Positions 37,373 through 47,444 are shown, counted from the stretch's first letter. The stretch: 64,000 nt of DNA from an uncultured Bacilli bacterium (GCA_944375905.1 CALWAS010000027.1:57679-121678); one strand, 5' to 3'. Notes: generated by a model from the sequence alone, not told the origin. Translations and numbers: made by a program.

Positions 37373-39478
37373 TTACTCGGCCTTCGCGGCCGCCTTCTTC
37401 CCCGCTTTTTTCGCCGCCGGCTTCTTGGGGGTGGCTTTCTTGGCAGCCTTTTTCGCGGCTGCCGGCTTCTTCGTAGGCGCCTTCTTGGGGGCGGCGGCCT
37501 TTTTCCGGGCCGGGGCCTTCTTCGCCGCCTTTTCTTCTTCGGGCTTCGAAGCCTCTTCGATCGTCACCGGGGCGGGCGCTTCCTCCTTTTTGTGGAGGGA
37601 AGCGTAGTAGTCCATTTCCTCCTTGCCGACGATCCGCTTGAAGATCATCGCCCCGTAGGAGGGGATCCTGATCGTCAGGTGGTAAGGCTTGTTCTCGGGT
37701 CCGCCTTCGCCCGTCCAGACGTTCCACTCGTTGTGGTTGTTCCAGCCGCCATAGACGTCCTTGTCGCTATTGAAGAGCTCGTAGTACTCGCCATAGCGGA
37801 GGACCGGCACGTCGTAGGCGTCGTAGTAGTTCGGCGTCATGTTGTAGACGAAGAGGAGGTCGCTATCCTCGTATTGGCGCTGGAAGCAGAACACCGACTG
37901 GTCGCTATTGTCGACCATCGTCCAGGAGAAGCGCGCCGGGTTGTGCTCCTCGACGTGCATCGCCTTCTCGCTCCGGTAGATGAGATTGAGGTCGCGCATG
38001 AGGCGCTTTACCGAATCGTGCTTCGGGAAGGAGAGAAGCTCCCACGGGAGGGAACGCTGCTCGTTCCATTCGTCGAAGGAAGCGAGCTCGTTGCCCATGA
38101 AGTTGAGCTTCTTGCCCGGGTGGCCGAACTGGTAGGCGTAGAGATTCCTGAGGAGGGCGAACTTAGTGTCGTAGTCCCCGTACATCTTGTTGATGAGGGT
38201 GCCCTTCCCGTGGACGACCTCGTCGTGGGAGAGCGGGAGCAGGAAGTTGTCGCTATAGAAGTAGGCCATCGAGAAGGTGAGCTTGTTATGCTCCCACTTC
38301 TTGTAGACCGGGTCCTTGGAATAGTACTTGAGGGTATCGTTCATCCAGCCGAGGTCCCACTTGTAGTCGAAGCCGAGCCCGCCCCATTCGACCGGACGGG
38401 TGACGCCCGGGAAGTCGGTCGAGTCCTCGGCGATCATCATGACGTCGGGGTGCTCGTAGTGGATCTTGCCGTTGAGGCGCTTGATGAATTCGGTCGCCCC
38501 GGTGTTCTCCCCGTTTTGCTTGTTTCCGTCCCAGTAGACGATGTTGCTAACCGCGTCGATGCGGAGCCCGTCGAAGTGGAACTCGCTCACGAAGTAGTTC
38601 ATGGCCGACATGAGGAAGCTCCTGACCGGGTCCTTCCCGAGGTCGAAGAGGAGGCTCCCCCACTGGCTGTAGGTATGGGGCTCCCCATATTCATATAGAT
38701 GGGTGCCGTCGAATTCCTTGAGGGCCCAATAGTCGCTTGCGAAGTGGACCGGAGCGAAGTCGAGGATGACGCCGATCCCGGCCCGGTGGAGGCGGTCGAC
38801 GAAACTCATGAGCTGCTTCGGGTTGCCATAGCGGCTGTCGACGCTATAGAAGCCGGTGGCCTGATATCCCCAGCTTCCGTCGAAGGGGTATTGGACGATC
38901 GGCATGATCTCGACGTGGGTGAAGCCGGTCTCGAGGATATAGGGAATGAGGTAGTCGGCGACTTCCTCGTAGCTCGGGAAGCGGCCGTCGATCTTTCCCT
39001 TCCAGCTCCCGAGGTGGAGCTCGTAGATCGACATCGGCTTATCGAAGTTGCGGTCGCGGCCCTTCATCCATTCATCGTCGGCCCAGGGGAAGCCCCGATA
39101 ATCGAAGAGACGGGAGCAGGTCTGGGGACGGAGCTCGCTATAGAAGGCGAAGGGGTCGGCCTTGTCGACGTATTCGCCCCAGCAGTTCCGGAAGTGGAAC
39201 TTGTAGGACTGATAGTCCATGAGCCCCTCGACGAACTTCTCGAAAACGCCGGAATCGTCGACTTTCTCCATCTTGTCGACCCGGACGTCCCAGCCGTTCC
39301 ATTCGCCGATGACCGAGACGTCGCTCGCCATCGGGGCGTAAAGGCGGAAGACCACGCCTTTTACCTTTCTCTTTTTATCGCCTTCGAGGACCGTCCTCTC
39401 CTCGAAATGGGCGCCGAAGTACTTGTAGGCGTCGATGGTCTGGCCCATCAAATAGTCGTAAAGAATGCCGTATGCCAT
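37373..39478 (-). CDS. glgB: 1,4-alpha-glucan branching enzyme with a roughly 70-aa Ala/Lys/Pro-rich C-terminal tail
   Basis: 701 aa. GH13 branching-enzyme regions are GFRIDAVSNIVYWD, the HDEVVHGKG catalytic region and the N-terminal CBM48-like MAYGILYDYLMGQTIDAYKYFGAHF. The C-terminus reads KKEEAPAPVTIEEASKPEEEKAAKKAPARKKAAAPKKAPTKKPAAAKKAAKKATPKKPAAKKAGKKAAAKAE, a histone-H1-like AKP repeat. Confidence 0.95.
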   Translation of the reverse strand: MAYGILYDYLMGQTIDAYKYFGAHFEERTVLEGDKKRKVKGVVFRLYAPMASDVSVIGEWNGWDVRVDKMEKVDDSGVFEKFVEGLMDYQSYKFHFRNCWGEYVDKADPFAFYSELRPQTCSRLFDYRGFPWADDEWMKGRDRNFDKPMSIYELHLGSWKGKIDGRFPSYEEVADYLIPYILETGFTHVEIMPIVQYPFDGSWGYQATGFYSVDSRYGNPKQLMSFVDRLHRAGIGVILDFAPVHFASDYWALKEFDGTHLYEYGEPHTYSQWGSLLFDLGKDPVRSFLMSAMNYFVSEFHFDGLRIDAVSNIVYWDGNKQNGENTGATEFIKRLNGKIHYEHPDVMMIAEDSTDFPGVTRPVEWGGLGFDYKWDLGWMNDTLKYYSKDPVYKKWEHNKLTFSMAYFYSDNFLLPLSHDEVVHGKGTLINKMYGDYDTKFALLRNLYAYQFGHPGKKLNFMGNELASFDEWNEQRSLPWELLSFPKHDSVKRLMRDLNLIYRSEKAMHVEEHNPARFSWTMVDNSDQSVFCFQRQYEDSDLLFVYNMTPNYYDAYDVPVLRYGEYYELFNSDKDVYGGWNNHNEWNVWTGEGGPENKPYHLTIRIPSYGAMIFKRIVGKEEMDYYASLHKKEEAPAPVTIEEASKPEEEKAAKKAPARKKAAAPKKAPTKKPAAAKKAAKKATPKKPAAKKAGKKAAAKAE

Positions 39479-39673
39479 GGTTTTCTTCCTTACTTGATCC
39501 TTTTCACTAGGTCATATCCTAAAACAAATGAGGGCGTTAGTCATGCCCTTGCGTGCACGTGAGGGGGATTCCTGCCGTCGTTTCGCCGCTAGGCCCTCAC
39601 AATCAAGGGGCAGAGGCTGTCGGCAAGGAAACGAAACAACCAGCTTCCTCAGATGGGATATCCAAGGTTATGT

Positions 39674-39706
39674 GGTACAAATTGAGAATTTTTTTGAATT
39701 TGTACC
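39674..39706. promoter_or_regulatory. 10-bp inverted repeat GGTACAAATT-N13-AATTTGTACC in the glgB/ackA divergent intergenic region; candidate operator
   Basis: A perfect inverted repeat seen directly in the sequence, with an AT-rich spacer (GAGAATTTTTTTG). It lies about 200 bp upstream of the glgB start and about 665 bp upstream of ackA. Confidence 0.35.
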
Positions 39707-40370
39707 GCTTAGCTATGCATTTCGATTAAGTCATGAAGCATATTGGCTACACGAAAAAAGGAGGACTGTACTCCTCAAAACGGCCTTCTTTTCGAAGCTC
39801 GGTCTTCGATGACGGGCTCCTCCTACCCACGATTAGCCTTTGGCGACAGGCTCATCCAGGCCTATTCAAAGGCTCGGAGACTGCCCCATCGAGCGTTCAA
39901 TCACCAGAGGGAAACGGGACGACGATCGTCGCTTCCGTCGCGCCTTCGAAAGCCGTCCGCTTCCCCTTCGTCAACCTCGAAAGCGCGGATTCTTCCAAGA
40001 TGTAGCAGACCGCAAAGGACCCGCATCCGAGCTCTTTGAGCTCTTGGGCAGAGTTACATTCTTGAGATTTTCGCAGCCCAAAAAGCGGCCTTCCCCGATT
40101 TTCAGGAGTCCTTTGCGGAAATGATCTTCTGGAGATTCGCAAAGTCATCGAGAACACGGCCACCGATCGTTTCGAGACTTGAGGGCAAATCGAGCTTCAC
40201 GAGCCGCGAGTCGAAGTCAAAAGGCTGCCTCGATCAAATGCCTCCGTCCAAAAACTTCCTTTTGACCATTCGGCACATGATAAAGAAGGCACTATCCCCT
40301 TAGGGGAGCGTTAGCCATGGTGTTGAAGGTTAAGTTAGCCTAAAATCCTATCGCTAACGAAAGGAAAGTT

Positions 40371-41582
40371 ATGTCAGACAAATTGGTAATGGCCGTCAAC
40401 GCCGGCTCGAGCTCCCTCAAGTACAAGCTCTATCGCCTCGAGGGTCTCGAAGTCGTCTGCGGAGGCCTCGTCGACCGGATCGGGCACGAGGACGGCATCT
40501 TCAAGCTTGCTTACAAAGGGGAAACGACGAAGGAAGTCCTCCCCATCATGGATCACCACAAGGGCGTCGAACTGATTCTGAACGCCCTTGCCTCGAAAGG
40601 AATCGTCAAGGACAAGAAGGACATCGTGGCCATCGGCCACCGGGTCGTCCAAGGCGGCAAATACTTCAGCAAATCGGCCATCTTCGACGCGGATACGGAA
40701 AAGAAGATCGCCGATCTCACCCCGCTTGACCCGCTTCACGCGCCGGCTCACCTCATGGGTTTCCACGCCTTCAAGGAAGCGATCCCTGACGCGGTCGCCA
40801 TCGCCGTCTTCGACACGGCTTACCACCAGACGATGGAAGAGGAAGACTATCTCTTCCCGATTCCGTATGAGTTGAGCGAGAAATACGACTGCCGCCGCTA
40901 TGGCGCGCATGGCACGAGCCACCGCTACCTGGCCGAGAAGTCGCTAGCCACCTACCTCAAGGGGAGGAAAGACACCAAGATCATCACCTGCCACCTTGGC
41001 AGCGGGGCCTCGCTGGCCGCCATCCACAACGGCAAAGTCGTCGCCACATCGATGGGGCTCACGCCCCTCGGCGGCGTCATGATGGGCACCCGCTCGGGCG
41101 ACTTCGATCCCTCGGTTTCCTATTACCTTTCCGAGCAGATGGGAATCTCGAGCGCCGAAGTCTACGACCTTTTAAATAAAAAGAGCGGCTTCCTCGGCGT
41201 CTCCGGCGTTTCCAACGACACCCGCGACGTCGAAGAGGGCTATATGAAAGGCGACCGCCGCTGCATCATCGCGAGCAACCTCTTCGCCCGCCGCGTCGCC
41301 GATTACATCGGCCAGTACTTCGTCCGCCTTGGAGGGGTCGACCTCATTGTCTTCTCGGCTGGAATCGGGGAGAACTCGCCCTTCTACCGGAAACTCGTCA
41401 TCGACCGGGTGAAAGATGCCCTCGGAATCGAAATCGACGAGAAGAAGAACGAGGAAGCCTTCGGCGGGAAGGAAGCCCTCATCTCGACCCCGAATAGCAA
41501 GGTCATGGTTGCCGTCATCCCGACCGACGAGGAGAAGATGATCGCTTCCGACGCCGTGAAGGCCTACGAGGGGAAACTATGA
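40371..41582 (+). CDS. ackA: Acetate kinase
   Basis: 403 aa. N-terminal MSDKLVMAVNAGSSSLKYKLY and the GHRVVQGG, AHGTSHRY and VHLGSGASL motifs. Confidence 0.95.
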   Translation: MSDKLVMAVNAGSSSLKYKLYRLEGLEVVCGGLVDRIGHEDGIFKLAYKGETTKEVLPIMDHHKGVELILNALASKGIVKDKKDIVAIGHRVVQGGKYFSKSAIFDADTEKKIADLTPLDPLHAPAHLMGFHAFKEAIPDAVAIAVFDTAYHQTMEEEDYLFPIPYELSEKYDCRRYGAHGTSHRYLAEKSLATYLKGRKDTKIITCHLGSGASLAAIHNGKVVATSMGLTPLGGVMMGTRSGDFDPSVSYYLSEQMGISSAEVYDLLNKKSGFLGVSGVSNDTRDVEEGYMKGDRRCIIASNLFARRVADYIGQYFVRLGGVDLIVFSAGIGENSPFYRKLVIDRVKDALGIEIDEKKNEEAFGGKEALISTPNSKVMVAVIPTDEEKMIASDAVKAYEGKL

Positions 41583-42598
41583 CCCTCCCAACCGAGATCA
41601 AGGAATTCGGCCATCGCTTCGCCAAGGAATACCGCGCCATCCGCAAGGCCATCGAGAAGTACGACCGCATCGTGGTCTACCGCCACATCAAGCCGGACTT
41701 CGACGCGATGGGCACCCAGATGGGCCTCTACACCTTCCTAAAAGACAACTTCCCGGCCAAGGACATCCATTTCGTCGGGGACAACCACGTGACGTTTACC
41801 CCGCGGCTCTTCCCGGAAACCGAGCGCCTCAACGACGAGTGGATCGCGAAAGGGCCGTTCCTTGCCATCGTCGTCGACGTCGGCGACCGCGAAAGGATCG
41901 CCGATCCGCGCTTCGAGAAGGCAGAGGCCGTCGTCAAGTTCGACCACCATCCCTTCAAGGGCACGGAAATAGCCAAGTATCCCGTCCTCTTCGAGGAAGC
42001 GGCCGCGGCTAGCGAGATCGTCGCCGACTTCTGCCTTTCCTGGAGCGGAAGGTGGATGAGCAAGGAAGCCGCCCACTACTTCTACATCGGCATCGTCGGC
42101 GATTCGGGACGCTTCATGTACTCGTCGACCTCGACCCACACCTTCGCGGTGGCAATGGAGCTTCTCCGCGAGGGAATCGACCTCCCGCGGCTATACCGCT
42201 CGATGTACGTGAAGAACATCGACGACCTCAAGTCGACCGCCTACGTCCTCTCCCACTTCCGCGTCTCCGAGCACGGCGTGGCCTACTACACCCTCGACGC
42301 GAAGACCCAAGAAGAGCTCAAGATCACCCCCGAGCGTGGGAAGGAGAACGTCAACGTCTTCTCCAACATCGACGGCATCGGCATCTGGTGCTCGATCACC
42401 GAAGACCCGAATCCCAAGGACTACTGCTGGCGGATATCGATCAGGAGCAAGATGCTCGACATCGCCCCCATCGCCTTCAAGTGGGGCGGCGGCGGCCATC
42501 CCCAGGCCTCGGGCGCGAAGATCAAGGACCTCAGCGAGCTCGATGCCTTCATCGGCGACCTCGACGCCCTGCTCAAGGAACATCCGGAAGCTAAGTAA
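41579..42598 (+). CDS. nrnA: DHH-family phosphoesterase, NrnA-like (oligoribonuclease/pAp phosphatase)
   Basis: 339 aa. DHH motifs HIKPDFDAMG, VVDVGDRERIADP and FDHHP, with a DHHA1-like C-terminal GGGGHPQASGA. ATGA-coupled to ackA. Confidence 0.85.
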   Translation: MTLPTEIKEFGHRFAKEYRAIRKAIEKYDRIVVYRHIKPDFDAMGTQMGLYTFLKDNFPAKDIHFVGDNHVTFTPRLFPETERLNDEWIAKGPFLAIVVDVGDRERIADPRFEKAEAVVKFDHHPFKGTEIAKYPVLFEEAAAASEIVADFCLSWSGRWMSKEAAHYFYIGIVGDSGRFMYSSTSTHTFAVAMELLREGIDLPRLYRSMYVKNIDDLKSTAYVLSHFRVSEHGVAYYTLDAKTQEELKITPERGKENVNVFSNIDGIGIWCSITEDPNPKDYCWRISIRSKMLDIAPIAFKWGGGGHPQASGAKIKDLSELDAFIGDLDALLKEHPEAK

Positions 42599-42628
42599 GC
42601 CCCTCCCCAAAAGGGGCTTTTCCTTTTA
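42598..42628 (+). terminator. Rho-independent terminator after nrnA
   Basis: AGCCCCTCCCCAAAAGGGGCTTTTCCTTTT. Confidence 0.5.
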
Positions 42629-42639
42629 GCATTGAGCCT

Positions 42640-43089
42640 ATGAAATACCGCAAGGCAAAAGAGGGGGAACTCCGTGTTCTCCATGAATGCATGTACCTAG
42701 CCGTCCGGGACGGCAGCCATCCCCGCTATAGCGAAGAAGAGCTTCGGGCCTGGTGCCCCGACGAGTATTCCCTAAGCGAATGGGCCGCTTCCTTTTCGGG
42801 GCACGACGTCATCGTGGCCGAGGACGACGGAGGAATCGTCGGCTTCGTCGACGGGGACGGAAAGCACTATGTCGACCGCCTCTACGTGATACCCCTCTAT
42901 CAAGGCCTGGGAGTCGGGAAGAAGCTGCTTGGGGAAATCGAAAAGAAGCTTTTACTCCCCTATGAAGCCGATGTCTCATACACCGCCGCGGAGTTCTTCA
43001 AGAAAGCCGGCTACGAGGAAATCGGCGCCGAAGAAGTCGTTAGGAACGGCATCCGGATCGGGCGTCTAAAAATGGCGAAAAAGGGGTAG
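42640..43089 (+). CDS. GNAT-family N-acetyltransferase
   Basis: 149 aa. Motif A RLYVIPLYQGLGVGKKLL (Q/RxxGxG/A) and the acetyl-CoA-binding region. Confidence 0.8.
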   Translation: MKYRKAKEGELRVLHECMYLAVRDGSHPRYSEEELRAWCPDEYSLSEWAASFSGHDVIVAEDDGGIVGFVDGDGKHYVDRLYVIPLYQGLGVGKKLLGEIEKKLLLPYEADVSYTAAEFFKKAGYEEIGAEEVVRNGIRIGRLKMAKKG

Positions 43090-43358
43090 GCAAGAGGCGC
43101 CCATCCGACGGCATCGCATCTCTTTTTGAAAAAAGATTTCTTTTCTTTTCGCCCTTTTCGCCATTTTCGACCGCCTATTGCGGGGATTTTCGCCTTAGAT
43201 AGAAGAGAGGCTCCTTCAAAGGCGGCTTTCGCACGGAAACTTTCCCTTTTCTTGAGGTTTTGCCAGTGGCAAATCGATAAGGAAAAAGTAAAGGGGGACA
43301 ACCGAAAACGCGAAAGAAAAAAAGGGCGAACGTGCCTAAGCGAAGGCTCGCCCGCCCT

Positions 43359-43400
43359 GGAAAGACCGCGACGGAAAGACCGCGACGGAAAGACCGCGAC
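43359..43400. repeat. 3 x 14-bp perfect tandem repeat GGAAAGACCGCGAC
   Basis: Seen directly in the sequence, immediately 3' of the stop (43408) of the minus-strand AAA ATPase gene, within a purine-rich 300-bp spacer. Confidence 0.8.
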
Positions 43401-43407
43401 CAGTTGA

Positions 43408-44301
43408 TCAATCCCCGTCGAAATCCTTTTCATGGGAAAGGAAGAAATCCCTTAGGAGAACGACGTTCGCTAGCTCCGTCCACTTCTTCTTCCGCGGTGG
43501 CTCTTCGTCGAGGTCGATGACGCTCGCGCCCTCCATCGATAGGAAAATCGGGGAATGGGTCGCGACGAGGAGCTGGGCTTTTTCATGAAAGGCCGCATGG
43601 CGCATGATGTCCGCGACTTTGGCTTGATAAGGAAGGGAAAGGCAATTTTCCGGCTCGTCGATCAAATAGAAGCCATCCTTCTCGAGGATGGAAAGGAAGA
43701 TGTCTACGGCGCTTTCCCCATTGCTTCTTTCTTCCTCGAGATTGCCGCCGTGCCTAAGCCCATAGGAGCGGGCCGTCATCCCTAGGGCCTCGTTTCGCTC
43801 CCGGAGGTCGTCGAGATCGTCGAGGGAATCGAAATGATAAGCGGAACGGGCTAGCTCGCCCCGCTTCTTCCTAAACTCGTCGCGCCGAATCCTCGTGGCC
43901 CTGTTCTCTTCCCTCCGGGCGGCTATTTTCCTAAAAAGGCCATCGGAGGTAAGAAAGGCCCGGGTCCTTGGCGCATCGAGCTTGTCCCCATAGGCATCGA
44001 CGGCCCGCCTTGCTTCCATCATTCCCGCGAAGTCGTGGAAGGGATGATAGGCCCTTCCCTCGAGCTTGTAGGTCGTGTCGTCGTAAAGGGGGACGTCGCG
44101 CTCGGCCTTGAGAAGGAGGCCGATGAGGGAAAGGAGAGTCGACTTTCCGCTGCCGTTATTGCCATAAAGGACCGTGATGTCGCTTAAAGGCAGCTCGAAA
44201 AGGCGCTTCCGCCAGAAAAGGGGAAAGGGATAGGTATCGACGAGATCGTAGGAATCGAGTTCCTCTTCGCTCGGGAAAAGAATCGAGGAATAGTAGACCA
44301 T
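43408..44301 (-). CDS. Standalone ABC-type/AAA ATPase (AAA_21-like), third gene of the sbcDC operon
   Basis: 297 aa. Walker A GNNGSGKSTLL, Walker B FYLIDEPENCLS and H-loop VATHSP. It starts 2 bp after the sbcC stop. Confidence 0.7.
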   Translation of the reverse strand: MVYYSSILFPSEEELDSYDLVDTYPFPLFWRKRLFELPLSDITVLYGNNGSGKSTLLSLIGLLLKAERDVPLYDDTTYKLEGRAYHPFHDFAGMMEARRAVDAYGDKLDAPRTRAFLTSDGLFRKIAARREENRATRIRRDEFRKKRGELARSAYHFDSLDDLDDLRERNEALGMTARSYGLRHGGNLEEERSNGESAVDIFLSILEKDGFYLIDEPENCLSLPYQAKVADIMRHAAFHEKAQLLVATHSPIFLSMEGASVIDLDEEPPRKKKWTELANVVLLRDFFLSHEKDFDGD

Positions 44302-44303
44302 GG

Positions 44304-47300
44304 CTAGGCGATGAGTTTCAAAAGGCTCCTGCCCTCTTCTTTCCGCACCTCGATCTTCTTATCGATGTCCGCCGCAAGGGCTTCGACATGGGAGATGATG
44401 CCCACCATTCTCGTCCCGTCCCGGGTCAAACCGCGGACGGTCTTGATGACGGCGTGGAGCGATTCTTCGTCGAGGGTCCCGAAGCCCTCGTCGATGAAGA
44501 GGCAATCGATTTCGCTAGCCCCGGAAGAAGAGGCGATCACGTCGGAGAAGGAAAGGGCGAGGGCCAAGGCGGCTTTGAAGCATTCGCCGCCCGAGAGAGT
44601 CCTGATGGGGCGGGATTTGCCGCTCAAGGCATCGATTACATCGATGTCGAGGGCAGTATTGCTGCCGATATTGGCCCGCCAATCATGGGGAATGAGCTGG
44701 TAAGTGCCGCCGCACATCGAGGAAAAGCGTTCGGATGCCCGTTCGACGATCGATGAAAAGACAGCCGATTGGTAATACGTCTCGAAATCGACCTTCGGAG
44801 CCCGCGGATAGCGGCCTTTGGCCACGAGGTAAAGGGTATTGACCGCCTGGAATTCCTTAAGGGTGGCTTTGTTGTTCTCGAATAAGGAGAGAAGCGCGGA
44901 ATAGATTCCTTCGGCGGAGGAAAGAAGGGACGAATACTTGCTCGTTTCCTCAATGGCCCTATCGTGGGCCGCCTGGAGCTCGTCCAGTTTGGCCTTCAAG
45001 GCGGCAAGGTCTAAGGGAAGAAGCTTGTCGTAGCCGGCTTTGAGGTGTTCCTCCTTAGCCTTCTGGCAAGAAAGCAGAGCCGCGGCATAAGCTTTGGTTT
45101 CCTCCTTCGAGGCGTCCACTTCTCCTTTTTCCCGAGAGGCGGCCGCTTCGGCCTCTTTAACGTCAATGAATCCGCTATCTTTCAATGTCTTCTCGTCTTC
45201 GAAGACGGCAGCGTTCAGCTTTGCTTTCACCTCGTTTACGGACGTCTCGTCCCGGCTTATGTCGTTTCGAAGGACTTCGAGATCGCTACCGGCTTTCCGG
45301 AATCGGGCTTCGATGGCTTTCGCCTCCTCGGCATTGCGTTCCCGTTCATCCTTTAGAGAGGAAAGGCACGCTTCGACTTCTTCCTTTTCGTGCCCCTCCA
45401 AGCTTTTTTTGACTTCCTGAAGCTTTGACTTCTCGGCCGAAAGACCGGCAATGGCATCCGAAAGGGCACTACGAAGGGCCGGGAGGGCGGCCTCTTTCTC
45501 CGCGGCTTCCTTCTCAAGAAGGGCGGCTTGTTTAAGATCCGATTTCTCTTTAGCCAGGGCCGACTCGACCGCGACCCGATTCTTTTTGAGCGCGGACAAG
45601 GCAATGTCGTTAGCTTCCTTCGCCTCGGCGAGGGAGTAGGGGGCCTCGTCGATCGTTATCTTCTTTCCGATAGCCTCTTCAAACGAACGGAGGAAAGACT
45701 CTTCCTTGGTCTTGGCCTTTCCTTCCGCCGATGAAGCCGCCGACGCGGCTTCCTGGGCCTTTGTTTCCTTTTCAGCCAAGTCGGCCTTGCACTTTTCAAG
45801 GCTTTCCTTGCTTACTTCCCCCGAGGGAACAGCCGGGGAGGGATGGGAGAGGGATCCACAGACGGGACAAGGCGAGCCTTCGACCAGGGCCGTCGCCAAA
45901 AGGCCGGCCTGGGCATCGATGAAGCGTTGGAAAAGGGATTGATACTCCTCGCTCTTATTGGCCTGTTCTTCCCTAGCCTTTAGATAAGCCTTTCGGCAAT
46001 CGGCGGCTTCTTTTTCGGCCTTGAGGAAAGACGCGTGGTCCCCGGCAAGCGATTCCAGGTTCTTTTTCCGGCCGTCGAGATCCTTCTTTTGGATATCGAG
46101 AGCGGCAAGATCGGCCTGGAGGGTGGACCCTTCGTGTTCTTTCCGGAGGCGCGAGGCGTTTTCCCGCCTCGAAGACACTTCTTTTTCCTCTTGATCTAGG
46201 GTCTTCCGGGCCGCCGCCTCGCTTTCTTCCTTATCCTTGAGGGCTTTCTCGAGGAGGGGAATCGACTCAAACGCGGCCGAAAGCAGCTTGAGCGCAGATT
46301 CCTCTTTCACTATTTCGTCGTTCCTCGCATTCAAAGCATTGCGCTTTTCGTTCTCTTGAGCGGCTTTTTGCAGGGCGTTTTCGGCTTCGGGAAGGCTTTT
46401 TTGGTGCCTTTCCAAAAGCTTCTTGGCCTCCGTTAGCCCCTTTTCGGCCTCTAGGCGCGCCCTGTGGGAGCGAACGACAAGAAGGGCCTTGTCGTAGAGG
46501 GCGTTTTCTTTTTCCTTCCGGTCCATTTCCTCCTTCTTGGAAAGAAGAAGGGATAGATCGGACTCGTTTTTCAAATAAGCTGCGCGGTTTTCCTCGTCCT
46601 TCTTGGCCTTCTCGAAGATGGCCTCGGCTTCCTTTTCCTTCTCATGGGCTTCGCCTTGGGCGGCGACGAGGCCAGCCTGGCGTTCCCTTTTCCCCGCCAG
46701 GTCTTTTTCGATGAGGGGGAGAAGCTCTTCGAGGAAATAGCATGGGCGACCATTGTCGTCGCCGGTCCAGACAAGGCGGGAAGAAAGCTCGCTATCGTCG
46801 CTTTGGTATTCCCGGCACTTGGCATCGATGAGGGTCGATTCCCCGCTTAGGCGGGTAGATAGTTCATTGGCTCTCTTTCCGAGGGCATCCTCGAAGTCAG
46901 CAAACGGCTTCGTATGGAGGACGTCGCGGAGAAGGGCGCTCCGATCGCTCGACTTGGCGGTGATGAGATCCATGAATTTCCCTTGGGGGATCATGGAGGT
47001 GATTACGAACTGCTCTTTGCTAAGGGAAAGGATCTCGAGGATCTTCTTGTTGACTTGCCGGAGTGCCGTGATGGGATGCTGGAGGTCACCGCCGGAAAGG
47101 AGGGCCGTCGGCTCTTGGTAAACGGTTTTGTTCCCCCGCTTCGCCTTTCTCTCCTGACCGGGCTTGCGTTCTACCTCGTAGATTTTTCCGTGCGCGGAAA
47201 AGGAGAAGCGAACATAGGTCTCTAGATCGTCGGGGGCGGAAAGGGAGCGGAGATCGTCAGCTTTCCTGAGCCCGCCCGACGAATCGCCATATAGGGCAAA

Positions 47301-47444
47301 GCAGATAGCGTCGAAGATCGTGGTCTTCCCGGCTCCCGTCTCCCCGTCGATGAGGAAAAGTGAGCCATCGAAGAGACTAAAGTCGATTTCCGTCTTCTTC
47401 TCGTAGGAGAGGAAGGCCTGCATCGTGAGTTGGAGCGGCTTCAT
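44304..47444 (-). CDS. sbcC: SbcC/Rad50-family exonuclease ATPase
   Basis: 1046 aa. N-terminal MKPLQLTMQAFLSYEKKTEIDFS...LFLIDGETGAGKTTIFDAICFALYG, a long coiled coil with a central CPVCGS zinc hook, and C-terminal LSGGECFKAALALAL...LFIDEGFGTLD. Confidence 0.9.
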   Translation of the reverse strand: MKPLQLTMQAFLSYEKKTEIDFSLFDGSLFLIDGETGAGKTTIFDAICFALYGDSSGGLRKADDLRSLSAPDDLETYVRFSFSAHGKIYEVERKPGQERKAKRGNKTVYQEPTALLSGGDLQHPITALRQVNKKILEILSLSKEQFVITSMIPQGKFMDLITAKSSDRSALLRDVLHTKPFADFEDALGKRANELSTRLSGESTLIDAKCREYQSDDSELSSRLVWTGDDNGRPCYFLEELLPLIEKDLAGKRERQAGLVAAQGEAHEKEKEAEAIFEKAKKDEENRAAYLKNESDLSLLLSKKEEMDRKEKENALYDKALLVVRSHRARLEAEKGLTEAKKLLERHQKSLPEAENALQKAAQENEKRNALNARNDEIVKEESALKLLSAAFESIPLLEKALKDKEESEAAARKTLDQEEKEVSSRRENASRLRKEHEGSTLQADLAALDIQKKDLDGRKKNLESLAGDHASFLKAEKEAADCRKAYLKAREEQANKSEEYQSLFQRFIDAQAGLLATALVEGSPCPVCGSLSHPSPAVPSGEVSKESLEKCKADLAEKETKAQEAASAASSAEGKAKTKEESFLRSFEEAIGKKITIDEAPYSLAEAKEANDIALSALKKNRVAVESALAKEKSDLKQAALLEKEAAEKEAALPALRSALSDAIAGLSAEKSKLQEVKKSLEGHEKEEVEACLSSLKDERERNAEEAKAIEARFRKAGSDLEVLRNDISRDETSVNEVKAKLNAAVFEDEKTLKDSGFIDVKEAEAAASREKGEVDASKEETKAYAAALLSCQKAKEEHLKAGYDKLLPLDLAALKAKLDELQAAHDRAIEETSKYSSLLSSAEGIYSALLSLFENNKATLKEFQAVNTLYLVAKGRYPRAPKVDFETYYQSAVFSSIVERASERFSSMCGGTYQLIPHDWRANIGSNTALDIDVIDALSGKSRPIRTLSGGECFKAALALALSFSDVIASSSGASEIDCLFIDEGFGTLDEESLHAVIKTVRGLTRDGTRMVGIISHVEALAADIDKKIEVRKEEGRSLLKLIA

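Noticed and set aside
35623-38698. 379-aa and 484-aa plus-strand ORFs
   Set aside because: They are antisense to glgP and glgB, both of which have unambiguous family signatures.
39528-40303. Several 60-98-aa ORFs in the glgB-ackA intergenic region
   Set aside because: They overlap one another in different frames with Arg/Ser-rich low-complexity translations and no start context. The region is treated as regulatory or noncoding.
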